Assembly: GCA_001244265.2 (NCBI GenBank)
Contig: CDLV01000011.1
Coordinates: forward strand, 1-64,000
DNA length: 64,000 nt
Source: Microbotryum violaceum
Taxonomy: Eukaryota
Reading direction: 5' to 3'
Made by a program: the position numbers and the translations under genes
Notes under the pieces: model-generated
What the model was told of the DNA's origin: nothing
Database searches by the model: none
What the model saw: the letters and a program-made list of their open reading frames with translations, nothing else
Shown here: positions 1-11,759 of the stretch, one piece after another
How the letters are laid out: each line of letters opens with the position of its first letter
Position numbering within the stretch: the stretch's first letter is position 1

Positions 1-91
1 GCGCACTGATCCAGCCATGTGCAAGCCGGTCAAGAGGCCGCGCGGATTCCTGACCCTCTGATTCTTTTTTCTTTTTCTACGGGAGGTGCAG

Positions 92-199
92 GGAGATCGA
101 GGCGGCTTTCAGGAACTCGGCATCGTCCACAATGATGTCAGGGCCGGCAACATACTGGTTCGACCCAACAATGGCCCTCTTTGCTTCGTTGATTGGGAC
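92..199 (+). pseudogene. Exon fragment of an atypical protein-kinase-like gene (catalytic-loop region)
   Basis: After a pyrimidine tract and ..gtgcag acceptor the sequence reads EIEAAF/ELGIVHNDVRAGNILVRPNNGPLCFVDW (one frameshift). This gives an HxDxxxxN loop plus a DW at the DFG position. No continuation after ~200. Confidence 0.55.
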
Positions 200-399
200 G
201 ATCGTATCTCAAACTCCGAGTATGAATCTCTTCTCTCCTTCTCCTTCTGAGGTCTCTGTTTTTCTCTCTCTCTATGCTTGTTTTATATTTTGTACGCACT
301 TTCCCTCAGGTTCATCTGCAATGCGTAACGCTCGTCATCTCGTTCATCTCGTCCGCGTCGTAGTTGTGGCTGGATTCAGTGCGCCGCCCTTTAGGAACT

Positions 400-660
400 T
401 CCCACAACGGGCCGGGCGTTCCGTAGAAGTCGCTGAGCTCGTTCATCATTGTTCCCAAATCTTCAGATACCATGACATATACGTTGCCATTGGTCCTTCG
501 GTGCGTGCTGTGATATTGCGGCAGATGTTTGCGAGATGGTCGGGAAGGTGGGGCAAGACGTGCTGGTAGAACAGCGTCTCGCGCGCAAATGACCGGCCAA
601 CGTCAGTGCTAGGCTCGGCTTCACGTTCGCGCGTGCCAACACCCCTGTCCCTCTCCCCAC
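400..660 (-). pseudogene. Possible N-lobe fragment of a kinase-like gene, opposite strand to 92-199
   Basis: SFARETLFYQHVLPHLP, then after a frameshift YHSTHRRTNGNVYVMVSEDLG. Resembles the E..FY..L..P..Y / MV.ED.G pattern of APH/Kdo-like kinases. Weak similarity only. Confidence 0.35.
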
Positions 661-3137
661 TCACTTTTCACTCGCACCACCTGACAAGACTCGGCACTGA
701 TCGCACCACGCCCAACTCGACCTCACACGCTTTCACATCGTTCTATCATCGTCTTTGGCACGATAAGCCTTACACCTCCACCTGAGAGGGCGTGATCACT
801 TTCAGCAGCGTGCTAGCTTGCGTCGATGCATCGCTCGAGCGTTTTTGGTAGGACACGTGCACGGTCACCGCATCGCCTCGTTCACCTCAATCGCCCACTA
901 CTAGCTACTCGACGGATGAGTGTGGTGAGCTCTTCATTCAGATAGTCCTCAGCTTTTGCCGCATTTGCTCACTTCATGTTCGACTTTGCTGCCCCACCAC
1001 TAGTTCAGATCGCCGCGTTCGACATTGGCCGACTCGCTGGCATCCGAGCTTGGCGCCAAACCGCTCTGTGACTTGTACGACCATACTCTGCGCATCCCTC
1101 ATCAGCACCATCGAAGAGATGCTCAGCTTTCCCGAGGTCTCGAATTGATGCACACATCACTCAATCCTCGTCGCTCCACCCCGAACACCACTGTCGACCT
1201 GTGACGATCTCCTCCGCCACCCCCACATTGTTCACTCGCGTCGTCAACGTCAGGCCAATCACACGAATGCAGTCACTCGCCGTCACATCTCTTTCTTGAT
1301 TGAGTCGAAGAGTCTCATCGACGCGGCAAGCTTGGGGGTTGTCGGAACATCTGTTGCTCGACTCGGCGAATATTTGACCGATGCCCATCCGCACTTCGAC
1401 CGACCGAACCGACAAACCTTTGAAGCTCGGTCTCCCCTTGCCCGTGCCCATCTCATCACCACGACGTGAGAAGTAACAATCTGCTCGCCCTCGCGACGGC
1501 CACCTCGACCGCCTCGACCGCCTCGACCATCAACCTTCCACCGCACTCGTGCTCGATCGCCATGGACTCACTGTCATCAACTGACCTGACCTACTCATCA
1601 TGAGCGCCGACCCCACAATCGCCCCCTTCTCGAATCCTTGACCTCACCTCGTCTTGATTTGTGTCGCCGCACCCAGCTCGACACTTCCCCTGATCTTTGC
1701 ATCCCCACCGGCGCATTAGCTCAATCAACCAGGTCCCCAATCTGGTATGCTCTCCTCTCCAGCCCAGTCATCCTCTCCGCAAGTCCCGTCAATACTGAAA
1801 CTACTGCAAACGCTCATCTGTCTTCCACAGCATTGCCGACATCCCTAGCGCGCAAGATCGAACTCGCAGGTCACCCATCGTCAGCTTCCCACCGATTTGC
1901 TCCATCATCGCTCACACCGATTCCACGAGCTTCTGATTCGATCCTGCCATCACGAATACGACTTCTCCCGACCCGAAGTCCGTTATTTCCTTGCGATCAG
2001 CTTGACTGTTCTGCGCCGTTTTCGGCTGGCTCGGCACTCGAGCCACTTCATCGAGCAGCGTCGTCTCGACTCGGACCGTTCGGCACTCCGACGATCGATG
2101 ATCAGCTGGACCCGTCCATCTCCCAGGCAACTTGCTTCGGCCATACTCGATGAACGATCAAGCCCCAACTGACATGTGTCCGCCTCGATGTGCCCACCTT
2201 GCCCAAATCACCACTCCAACTCGTCCGGTCAACTCGAGCTTCAACTCGACGATACTTATAACGTCGACGATCCTATCTCTCTGACACCGTGTTTGAACGC
2301 GACCCGATACGCCAGTCGATACATTTCAATTCGACCGATTCGACTCTGACCGCGTGGCGCTAACCGCTGACATGATCGATATGAAAATTGTGATGGTGCT
2401 GTCAGTGGACGGTGTTGGAACATGATGTAGGAGGGCAGGGTACACGGAAGAGACGGTTTGTGATGTAATGCACGTGAACCCCAACATGAATTGTCACATC
2501 ATTGTGTGAACCCCAACGCGCATTGTCGCATGATCATGTGAAGCAGAACTTCCATGATCGCTGACCGTCACCATCTCCGGGTGAGAGCTCGAACACGTGA
2601 TCGTGTGGGCGGTTTATTGCTCCGCCAGCCCGAATACCGCTCCGATGATGGATATATGATGTGTCGCGATGAACCGCATTCGATTATTTTCCATTTCGGA
2701 GATCGCGAGAGCTCTCAGTGGCCGAAGGCAGTGGGGGCCGCCGTTCTCTCAAATACCAGATGGCGGTCGCCCAAATCGCCCAAGCATCTTTGTAAGGATT
2801 TGCGCTCGACAGCGCGCGCAGAGCTGGCGGGCAGCTGGCGGGGGATTTGGTATTTGGTATTTGAAAACTGCCCATATAAACAGGTTGAAAAACACTACTG
2901 AAGCTTCGGTGCCCCTGTCTGGTCTATGCAGGCTTGCTTTCGTTATAGCCGGGCCCCGTAATCCCACCAAAGCTCGCCCCACTCCTGTCGTCGATTGCAT
3001 CAGGTTCGCCAGGATGATGTTGATTGGTATGCGCGAAATTTAGGAGTTTGATCACAACGGGCAGTACGGAGTCTAGTATTGCATTCACATTCGTCCATAA
3101 AGATTGCACAACAGGAATGCAGATATCGAGCATGGTT

Positions 3138-5562
3138 CTACTTGCAAAGGGCATTGAAAGCCGCCTGGACATGTTCATACGACATCTGACCCGAGTTCCA
3201 AAGCGACGCAAGTTCTGGCTCTGTATTGATGGGTCTCACCCTGGCGAAAGACCAATCCAGCGAGCAATTTTGCTGCAGGACACTCAGAACCTTCTCCACG
3301 CCACACCAACGAAATGCGCATGCGTTCAGGAGCTCCTCGAAGCCGGGTTCCGTAGACAGCCAACCTTTCCTGATTGCTGCATCTTTGAGCTTCTTGGCAT
3401 TCCACGCGTTCCAGATATCCGCGGCGTCCGGCTTCTCAAAAAGTCGCGCGTCGGCAGACCCGGATTCAGATTGGAAAGCCGTGCGGCACGCCACATAGAA
3501 GAATGATTCTATATCATGCCAGCGCTCGTGCACCACATCCTCGGTTGCGGGGCTGAGCAGGAGTCGAGAGATGTAGGGAAGCGTGCCCTGTGGTTGATCA
3601 TGGTACAGGGGAAGGATGGAAAGGAGGTAGGTGAGACCAAGAACGCGTGAAGGGCTAGCAAGGACACGAGAACGTACCGAACGGCTGAGGCGACACTCTT
3701 CGTCAACCGTTCGAGCCTTCTTCACCGCCAGATTGTAATCAATCAACACTCCATCGCCTTTACGGTCCACCATGACGTTGCCATAGGACACGTCCCGGTG
3801 GATGAAGCCGTAATTCCAAAGCTGGCGATGCCCTGTCACTCAAGGCAAAGGGTCGTCAGTGTTGGCACACCCTTCAGCGCGCTGTCCCGCTCTGCTCTGA
3901 GCACTCACCCTCAATCGCACCCTCGAGAGCGCGCGCGAGCTGCTTCGCGTTTTCGAGTGCGGCGAGTGGGTAGTAGCGTTCTTCGTGAACGACGACCTCC
4001 CTTGCCCGCGGGGTGACACCGTCGAGGAACTCGTCGCCGGGCAGGAACACGGGGAGGGTCCTGTACCCGGTGCGAAAGACGCCGACCAGTGGAGCGAGCC
4101 CTCGAGGTCTCTTTACTTGGATGAGGTTGCGGATCTCGGCCAAGTCCGAGTTGCGCGACTCCTCGACCCAGATGATCGTCATTGCGAAGGTCCTGATGTT
4201 GGCGCCTTCAGCAAGTGTGACCTCGTATGTCGACGTTGCGCGGCCGCACTCTCTTTTTCGACGAAAGATGAGCTCCTTGATCTTGACGTTGGACATCGCC
4301 GTTGCTCCCCAGATAAACTCTGAGGCCGCCGGCGGGAAGAAGTCGGGGCAGGGCGTGAACGGGCCGTAGCGGTCGTCGAGCGAGGTTGTGGTCGCTAGAA
4401 TGCCGTTAAGCCGATCGCTGTGTTGGACGAGACGGTACAAGAACGTCGACAGCTCTCCATTATCTTCGGTGACTGTTCTAGATTTGGTAGAGAACACCCC
4501 GCAAGCAGACATCACGTAGACCTTGAGACGTTCGCCGCGAAGGGTGAACCCGATCGCGTGTTCGCGAATCGGCGTTGCGAGGAGTGCGACAACCGTCGGA
4601 ACAACTGGCGCTCGGCGTTGGAGGTGCCGGCTTTGGTCTCGCCGACGGCGGCCACTTGCGTAAAGGAGCGTTTGGCCTGGTTCAGGTCCACCTTGTCCTT
4701 GTCCTTGACCTTGGCCGTGTTCGTGCTGTCTTCTTCTGCATTGTTGTCCTCGTCGTGAGGCTGGCCCTTGCCGTTTTCGTTCGCGTTGGAGTTCACGTTG
4801 GTGGCGGGGCCCGCATCGGCGTCGAGTTTCTTGGCCGGATCGGCGTGACTGGGAAGGGCCCATACATTCGGGAGGGTTGGGTCGTGCGCGACCGCAGCGT
4901 GGGTCAAGAGCACGACGTCGGCCGTCTTCTCGGTCGTCTCCACACGGTCAGGTGCGACGCTGATGTACTGGGGCGAGTTCTGGCAGGCGACCAGTCGCCG
5001 GTCTCCAGTCTAGAGGTCCAACAGTAAGACAAACGGCAGTGAGAAGGCGAGTCAGCTCTCGAAGGAACATACACCCTCGATGTCAAGCGATCCAGGCGTC
5101 GACTCACCGTGTTGATGACACCTGCTATGACCTCGCCCAGCGCTTCTTCGGTGCCCATCTTGAACTCCTTGGGCCAGATCTTGTTAGCGAGCTCGTCAGC
5201 GGTCGGATGGCCGAAGAAGTAGGCCTCGAGGGCCGCACAATGTTTTTGGTCCATCTGGACCGCTTCGGAGATCCTCTCGGCTCTGTCCGATGCTCGCTCG
5301 TGCGAGGCCGCCTCCCGGGGCGATCGTAATGGGGTCGATTGAGTCGACGATACCAAGGGAGAGACCGCGTCCCTGAGTTCGGCGAGGTCGTACGCGTTGG
5401 CGGTTGCGCTTGAGGCCGGGGCCGAGTTTGCAGCCGCTGAAATTGAGGTCGAGGGCGAGGGCGAGGGCGAGGCGAGGTCGAGGCAAGAGCCTGAGCGGGC
5501 GAGTCGACGGCGTGTGCCACGGGCTTCGCGTTCCTTTCAGCGATGCGCGCGCTCCTGCGCAT
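3138..5562 (-). pseudogene. Fungal-type protein kinase (FunK1, Pkinase_fungal) gene, frameshifted
   Basis: Motifs GFIHRDVSYGNVMV, GVLIDYNLA, SGTLPYISRLLL (joined over an intron) and HERWHDIESFFYV. Near 4587 the gene reads ttgtcg-cactcctcg where the paralog at ~13325 has ttgtcggcactcctcg, a 1-nt deletion. A second frame change occurs near 5360. Confidence 0.85.
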
Positions 5563-5931
5563 TGGCCCTGTCGACGCGCCGGCGCTCGGGCGCGCGAGGT
5601 TCGTGTCGGCGCGGGCGGTCACTGCAACGGCCCCAATTGGGGCGTGGGCCAGTGGCGTCAGTCATGCGAGTCAAAACAAGGCCAAGCTCGGTCTATTATG
5701 GGCCAACTCACTGTGGCCAACTCACTGTGAAGGCCCTGGGCGTGATGGGTTACGGGCAGTGGGGCTGGTCACCACTAGGACCGGTGGTAAACCGGTGGTA
5801 AGTCTTGAAGACGAGCAGGGAGTGGGAAGAGGGTGAGGGAGAGCAAGATGTGAAGCGATTTTTCCTTCGTTGCGGAATATCGAGACTCTGGTCGAGACAT
5901 CAGCTACCTGTCATGCAAAATGATTTCGCAA

Positions 5932-5985
5932 CTCCCAGCTTTGGACTCCGCCCGCCTCCTCCCAACTTTGGACTCCGCGCGCCTC
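5932..5985. repeat. 27-bp tandem duplication (2 copies)
   Basis: ctcccagctttggactccgcccgcctc followed by ctcccaactttggactccgcgcgcctc. Confidence 0.7.
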
Positions 5986-6639
5986 CGCGCGCCTCCTCGT
6001 GGAACAACGGTCTTTTCTGAAGTGTTTGTCCGATTTTTACACCCTCTTTTCCAAAGGTGTCGGCTTTTGCACATGCGCCTCAATATCTCACCAAAAGTTG
6101 CTCTGCATGCTCCAAAACTTGCTCAAAAGTCGTCGAAAACGCGTTCCGTTTGCGGGCGCGCGGCGGCCGGCCGATCGAACATAGCGAAAAACCCCCGGGA
6201 TGGGGCGGATTTACTATGAAAGTGGCTTGCCGCATCTTGCGCGCGCGTCGCTTCAACTGTCTTCGGCTGGTCTCCCAGCCTCTTGAAAAGCTTCAGCCTT
6301 CCTTGCATATTCGGTGATGGGCTCGTGACTCGCTTGTCAGACTTGGATTTTGCTGATTTTGGGCGCATTGTATCCGCGGTGTCGTTCTTGCGGCTTGTAG
6401 AGGCTCTACCGGCGGCATCCCGCGGGTCGGGCACGCTCCGAAGGGCGTCAAATCGTGGCTCGGCATGTGCGCTCGTGGTGATAATGCGCTCGTCGGAAGT
6501 GAGATCCGCGGTTGAACGACACAAAGTCGCTGCGGTTGAACGATACGCAGTCGTCGTTCGGGGCGACTGGCAGGCCAACCACCGCGAGCTCAAACCAAGG
6601 ACTCGAATCGACCGGTCACCCCGCCGGGCCCAATGATTC

Positions 6640-8600
6640 AATGACCTGTTGACCATCAATCACGTGGAACGGCACAGTACCTTCAACGAAGTGGGTGAAA
6701 TAGCATCCGTTCTTGTTCGGTCGTACTGCGACCACAGGGGGTCAGTCAGCGCCGAGCGGCAGAAAGACTCAGCGTTTCGAACTCGCGAACATCGAAGAGG
6801 ACCTCCTCGTCGGTCGCGACTTCCTACGCACTCACAAGGTCGGGGTGGAACTAGAGCCTGCCTCGGTTTTCACTCGCGACATTCAGGGATCCGCTCCCCA
6901 AACCAAGGCGACTCGGAAGCAGCGCCGAGCCCTTGAAAAACTATGCAAGAATGATCCTGCGGAACATCCGGACTATCAACCATCGCCGGAGGAGGTCAAC
7001 GAAGAACGACAGCGACTCCTCCGAGACTTTCCCAATGTGCTCGTCACAGACGAGCGCCCCCGTCCCTGCCTCCGGTTCGCGAAATCGAACATACCATTCC
7101 GCTCATCAACAACGAGCGCAAGTATTCCAAGAAGGTGAACTACAAGTCCCCGGACCACATGCGCTAAGCTTTCCAGAAAAGCTACTACGCCTACACCAAA
7201 GCCGGAATCTGGAAGACCGGTAGTGCTGAACACGCCGACCCGGTGATCCCGAAGCCTCAAGTCAAACGGCGAATCGCCCCATTGTCGACTTGCGTCTCAG
7301 AAACGCAAGCACGGTCCAGCTCCAGATGACAGTGTCCGATCAGGACGAGATCGTCAACGCAGTTGCAACGGCGAACTTCTGCACAAAGATCGACCTTCAA
7401 GGTGCTTCCCAACGAATTCGCATCAAGGACGAAGATGTGAAGAAGACCGCGTTCAGCACCCCTAACGGGATCCTGTACTTACTTGTCGCTCAACAAGGCG
7501 ATCGCAACAGCACGGCTACACTACACCGGCTCGTCTCATTTGCTTTTGTTAGACTCTACAATCGCAAGATCAAACATTACGCCGACGACCTGTGGCCCAT
7601 CTCTAATACCAAGTCCACGGCATCCGCATTCCTATCTCAAAGTTCAAATTCGCTACAGAGATTTGCGACTCTCTTGTCAGGAAGATTCGCCTGGGAGAAA
7701 GCTCGATGCAGCCGGAAAAGGCGGCTGGCATCCGAGCCACCCCAGCTCCTAAGTACAAGAAGGATCTTCAACGTTTCCTAGGAGCGATGGGATATAACCA
7801 TCGATCAACCCCGCACCTTGCCGAGCTAGCGGCGCCCTTGGATGCACTGACAGGGGTGAACAGCCCCTGGAGATGGTCCCGAGCTTGCAGCGACGCTTTT
7901 GAAACTATCAAGGCTGCATTTGACGACAGTGCCAAACTCACCTGCATTCGCTCAGACGAGCTTACACCCGATGGTACCTTCCCGGTCCCCTAGACACCCC
8001 TCCGGCCGAAGGAGAAAAGGTGCTAGAGAACGAGTCCAAAGGGAAGTACCTCTTCCTCCAAATCGGCGCCTCAGTTACAGGAGTCGGCTACGTGCTCAGC
8101 ACCGGAACCAACTGGTGGACAGCGATACCCACGGGCTACCACTCGCGAAAGTTCTCGCCTTCCCAATTCAATTACAACACCCAGGACCAAGAGCTCCAGG
8201 GCATGTACGAAGGATTTAAACGCTTCGAAACATAGCTGTGAGGACGTCCATTCATCGTCCTCACGGACAGCCAGGCTCTTGCGAAGTTCACAACACTCCC
8301 AACGCTGTCCAGAAAACAGACGCGCATGTACCTCTACGTCTCGGAATTTGCATACACGGCTGAGCACACCGCAGGCAGGGCTAACGCCATGCCCGATATT
8401 TTACCGCGAACACCTTGCGATGCACCCACCTAGCCTGACCCAGAATCAGAGACGGACGAATTAGCTCCTTAGAAGATCGCAGCCAAGGAGTTGAACGAAC
8501 TCAACCTCGAAGACAGGCCCAGCAGGACGCGCCGAGCACCGGAGAGGTGCGAGGTTTCGATGCACATCCCGAAGAAACAGCGGACCCCTACACATCCAGC
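6640..8600 (+). mobile_element. Degenerate Ty3/Gypsy retrotransposon pol (protease tail, RT, RNase H; no integrase seen)
   Basis: DLLVGRDFL (protease C-terminal motif), FCTKIDL..KKTAFSTP, YADD (~7578), KKDLQRFLGAMGY..LAAPLDALTG, GASVTGVGYVL and QFNYNTQDQEL (RNase H). Many stops and frameshifts. Confidence 0.9.
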
Positions 8601-8686
8601 AAACCCCTGAAATGGGATGATCCGGGATCGGCCCCGATTATAAATCCCGCATCCAATTTGCGAATTGAAAGCCGAATGTGCGTTAT

Positions 8687-8897
8687 ACTTGAAAAAAGTG
8701 ACAGGCGACGTCGGCAGGGATGACGTCGTCTACACGCGAGAGGCGGGGGCGTCGAGGAGTGTCGGCTGTGGCGGCTGCAGTCGACGAGGGAGCGACCGAG
8801 GGTGTCGATCGAGAAGCTCGCAGGAAATTCGACGCCCCCGCCTCTCGCGTGTAGACGACGTCATCCCCGACGTCGTCTCCTGTCACTTTTTTCAAGT
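8687..8897. repeat. Near-perfect inverted repeat, ~69-bp arms and ~73-bp spacer
   Basis: 8687-8755 (acttgaaaaaagtgacagg..gcgggggcgtcga) is the reverse complement of 8829-8897 apart from a short indel patch. Confidence 0.9.
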
Positions 8898-11759
8898 CCG
8901 GCATTGCCGACAATGCTCCTTACATCTACAACCGCTTCGTACCCCGCCCTGGACGAGCATTCGCCCCATCCTTTGATCCCGAGTCGTCAGCCTCCTCTCC
9001 GTTGTCGAACTCGTCCCCTACAAACGCGTCACTGTCTCTCACGACTTCCCTCAGAGTCCGACGACGAACGCGTTGCTCCTTCTTACCCTTTCTTCCTTTC
9101 TTTCAACCATCTCGCCCCCTCCCCGCCACCGTTCACCCCGAATCGTCGACTGTTGAGTCGAGAGCTCGCCATGGCCGAAGAACGCGACACGTCCTGCGCC
9201 CTTGCCGAAGACAGCGTCACCCCTCTCCGCGACGACGAGGCCGAACGCGCGAAACCGCCTCGCCGCCGCCCTGACGTCGCTCGAAGCTCGCCTCGAAGAA
9301 TCCAAGGCACGACGTTTCGACTCCGATAAACGAGTTCGCTGTCTGGAGAAGTTGGTGGACGAATTATCTGTCGCAGAAATGTTCTCAAGTGGAAACTGAT
9401 GATGACCACGACTCAGTCCAATGAACAGGGACAAGAACAGAGTGGCCAGAGACTAAGAGACAGACTCGCGGAAGGCTAGAAAGTGAAGCGTAAAGCTAAT
9501 AAGGAAAGAGGATAGAGACTAGTAAAGTACTAGTAGGGAGATTGAGTGACTAAAGAGTGAATGACACGCCGCTAGGCTCAATCCCAAGTACCATAATAGG
9601 AACGATAATCAGATGAAGGACGGAACAACCCATATGACCATATACAAATGACATTAATGAAAAACCTCGCTGAACCAGCTGCGGCGCGGGCTGGGTCAAC
9701 TGAACCAGCCGTGGCGAGGGTCAGGGAGTTTTTGCCGGTGAGATCGGTCCCCCTGGACATCCCCCGCACACATTTCTGGGACGCTCCAGCAATACCGCTG
9801 ATCCCCTTTCTCGTACCCCTGGGGGAAAATCTCACAGCGGAATCAGGGACGGCCCTTCCTCGGCGGTGATCAGCTCTCATTGGAGAGGGACATTGCCCGA
9901 CCGGGAAGGGTTATGGACCGGGGCTCACCCGGAAAAATTGGCCAGATTCACTGCGTTCAGGGAGTCGTATCTTTATCTCTTGTGCGACATCTCCACCTCC
10001 GACCTTTTCGACACGAGCCGTGTGATCCAGCTTGTGGCGACGTTATTCTCACGTACGACGACCCGACAGCGCCGCCAATCCCCCATGATTGGGCCGTTGA
10101 CGCGATGAGGGATGCGATCCGGGACGGGAACCCTCTTTGCTGGATGTCGCTTATGACTGCAGTGCGACGTCGTTGGCCGGATTGTAAGGACCTGAACGCC
10201 TCCGACTCCTGACACGAGCGACCGCGGGCGCTCTCCTTTGCTCTCGAACAACGCTCTTCTTCCAGGGGTTCACCAGGGGTTCAACGCCTCTTACCATTGG
10301 TCTGGATCAGCCCTGTCGTGTATCAAGTCCGTGTCTTGGGTTTGGGACTCACTGGGATCAAAGACTGGCAGAGGAGAGGTGGTTGGGTCGGAGGAATTGG
10401 TCGCTTAGTGGAGTTTATTGAGCATGGACCCTTGTTTAGTTTGACTGGTTCTCTTGCATAGCAAAAACAAAACCTGAAATAAGATGATCCCGGGATCGGG
10501 CCCCGATTTAATCCTGGATCGCATTTGAAAGGCATTTGAAATCGCTGCCGATTTCAAATGCATCGGGGCAGCGATTCCGAATGTGTTTCAACTCGCTGTG
10601 GATCGCGCGCCGCGATTTGAAACGCATTTGAAATCGGCGCCCGGGGGCTTGCGCCGTGACTCGATCGAGCAGGGTTGGATCCTGAATGGCGGCCTCAAGA
10701 TCCCCTTCTGTGGGCATGCGGCAGAAAGTGACATTGTCCATGTCCCACGACGGTTCATCAGTGGAGTCGTTTGATGGAGCGAGCGGCGACCGTGCGCGGA
10801 TCGGTCGGGTTGGCATGTGGGATAACACGGAGCTCGAGAATGTCTTGGGAGCGTAGCCATAGAGGTCGTCATTCACGTCACGAAGGGCACTGCACGAGTT
10901 GACATCTCTAGGGGGCAAGTTGTACAATGGGGCGGCTGTTCTGGGCGGGGTCGGTGATCGCCCGAACGCAGACAGTGGCGTGCGATCTGGAAATTCGGGA
11001 GGCGTGACGACCCAGACGTGGAGAAGCAAGGGGTCATCTCGCGTCAATTGAGGAGTCGTGAGTGCAACTGGCGTTGAACGGCTCGAAACGAGGCGTTACA
11101 CTATCGGGAGGGCGGAAGTCAAGGTCGTTATTGGCGAGTCCGATCATAGCATGACATGCAGGACAAGCGAAGCGCGCAGGGACTTTCCCAGTTGGGTCCG
11201 ATAGTCACTCGATATCCCGGCGCCCTGAACCGCGTACGATGAAGCACCCTAGCTAGTATCCAGCTCTGATCGGTCCTTTAAGGCTCTGGCCATCAAGTGC
11301 GTAAGTAGACAAGTGCAATCTGGAGATTTGGCGTCCACCTGCCCATCCATAGCTGAGGAACCGACGTTCGCATTTTCATTGTCGATCACGCTTCGGGTGA
11401 AAACCACGCGCCATGAGCTTAAATAAATGCCTGACTGACTGTTCCTCCCCGCTCTGAAGTCAGTAGAAAAATCAAGAAGCAAATGTGCAGATTGAAATTG
11501 CAGAATCCACAATTAGCGGCAGTGGGCAGACGGGTTAAGCTTGTAGAAATAGTCGGAGAAAATTTGTCGAAATCACATTCAAGTTGAAGCTGAATGAGGT
11601 CGACTCGAGCACCTCGGACGTTGATGATCGAAGGGCGATGGACTCGTCTTGAGCTGTGGGTAGGTTTCGGATCGAGCAGTTGTTCGTAGGGGATGTGCCT
11701 GCCGGTGCCTGCTAGAGCGTGTCTGAGGGCGACTAATTCGACGGACGCGAAGTAGCGCG

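Noticed and set aside
9000-11700. ORF fragments as gag, DIRS/Ngaro or transposase genes
   Set aside because: Looks repeat-derived, but I could not recognise any diagnostic motif; left unclassified.
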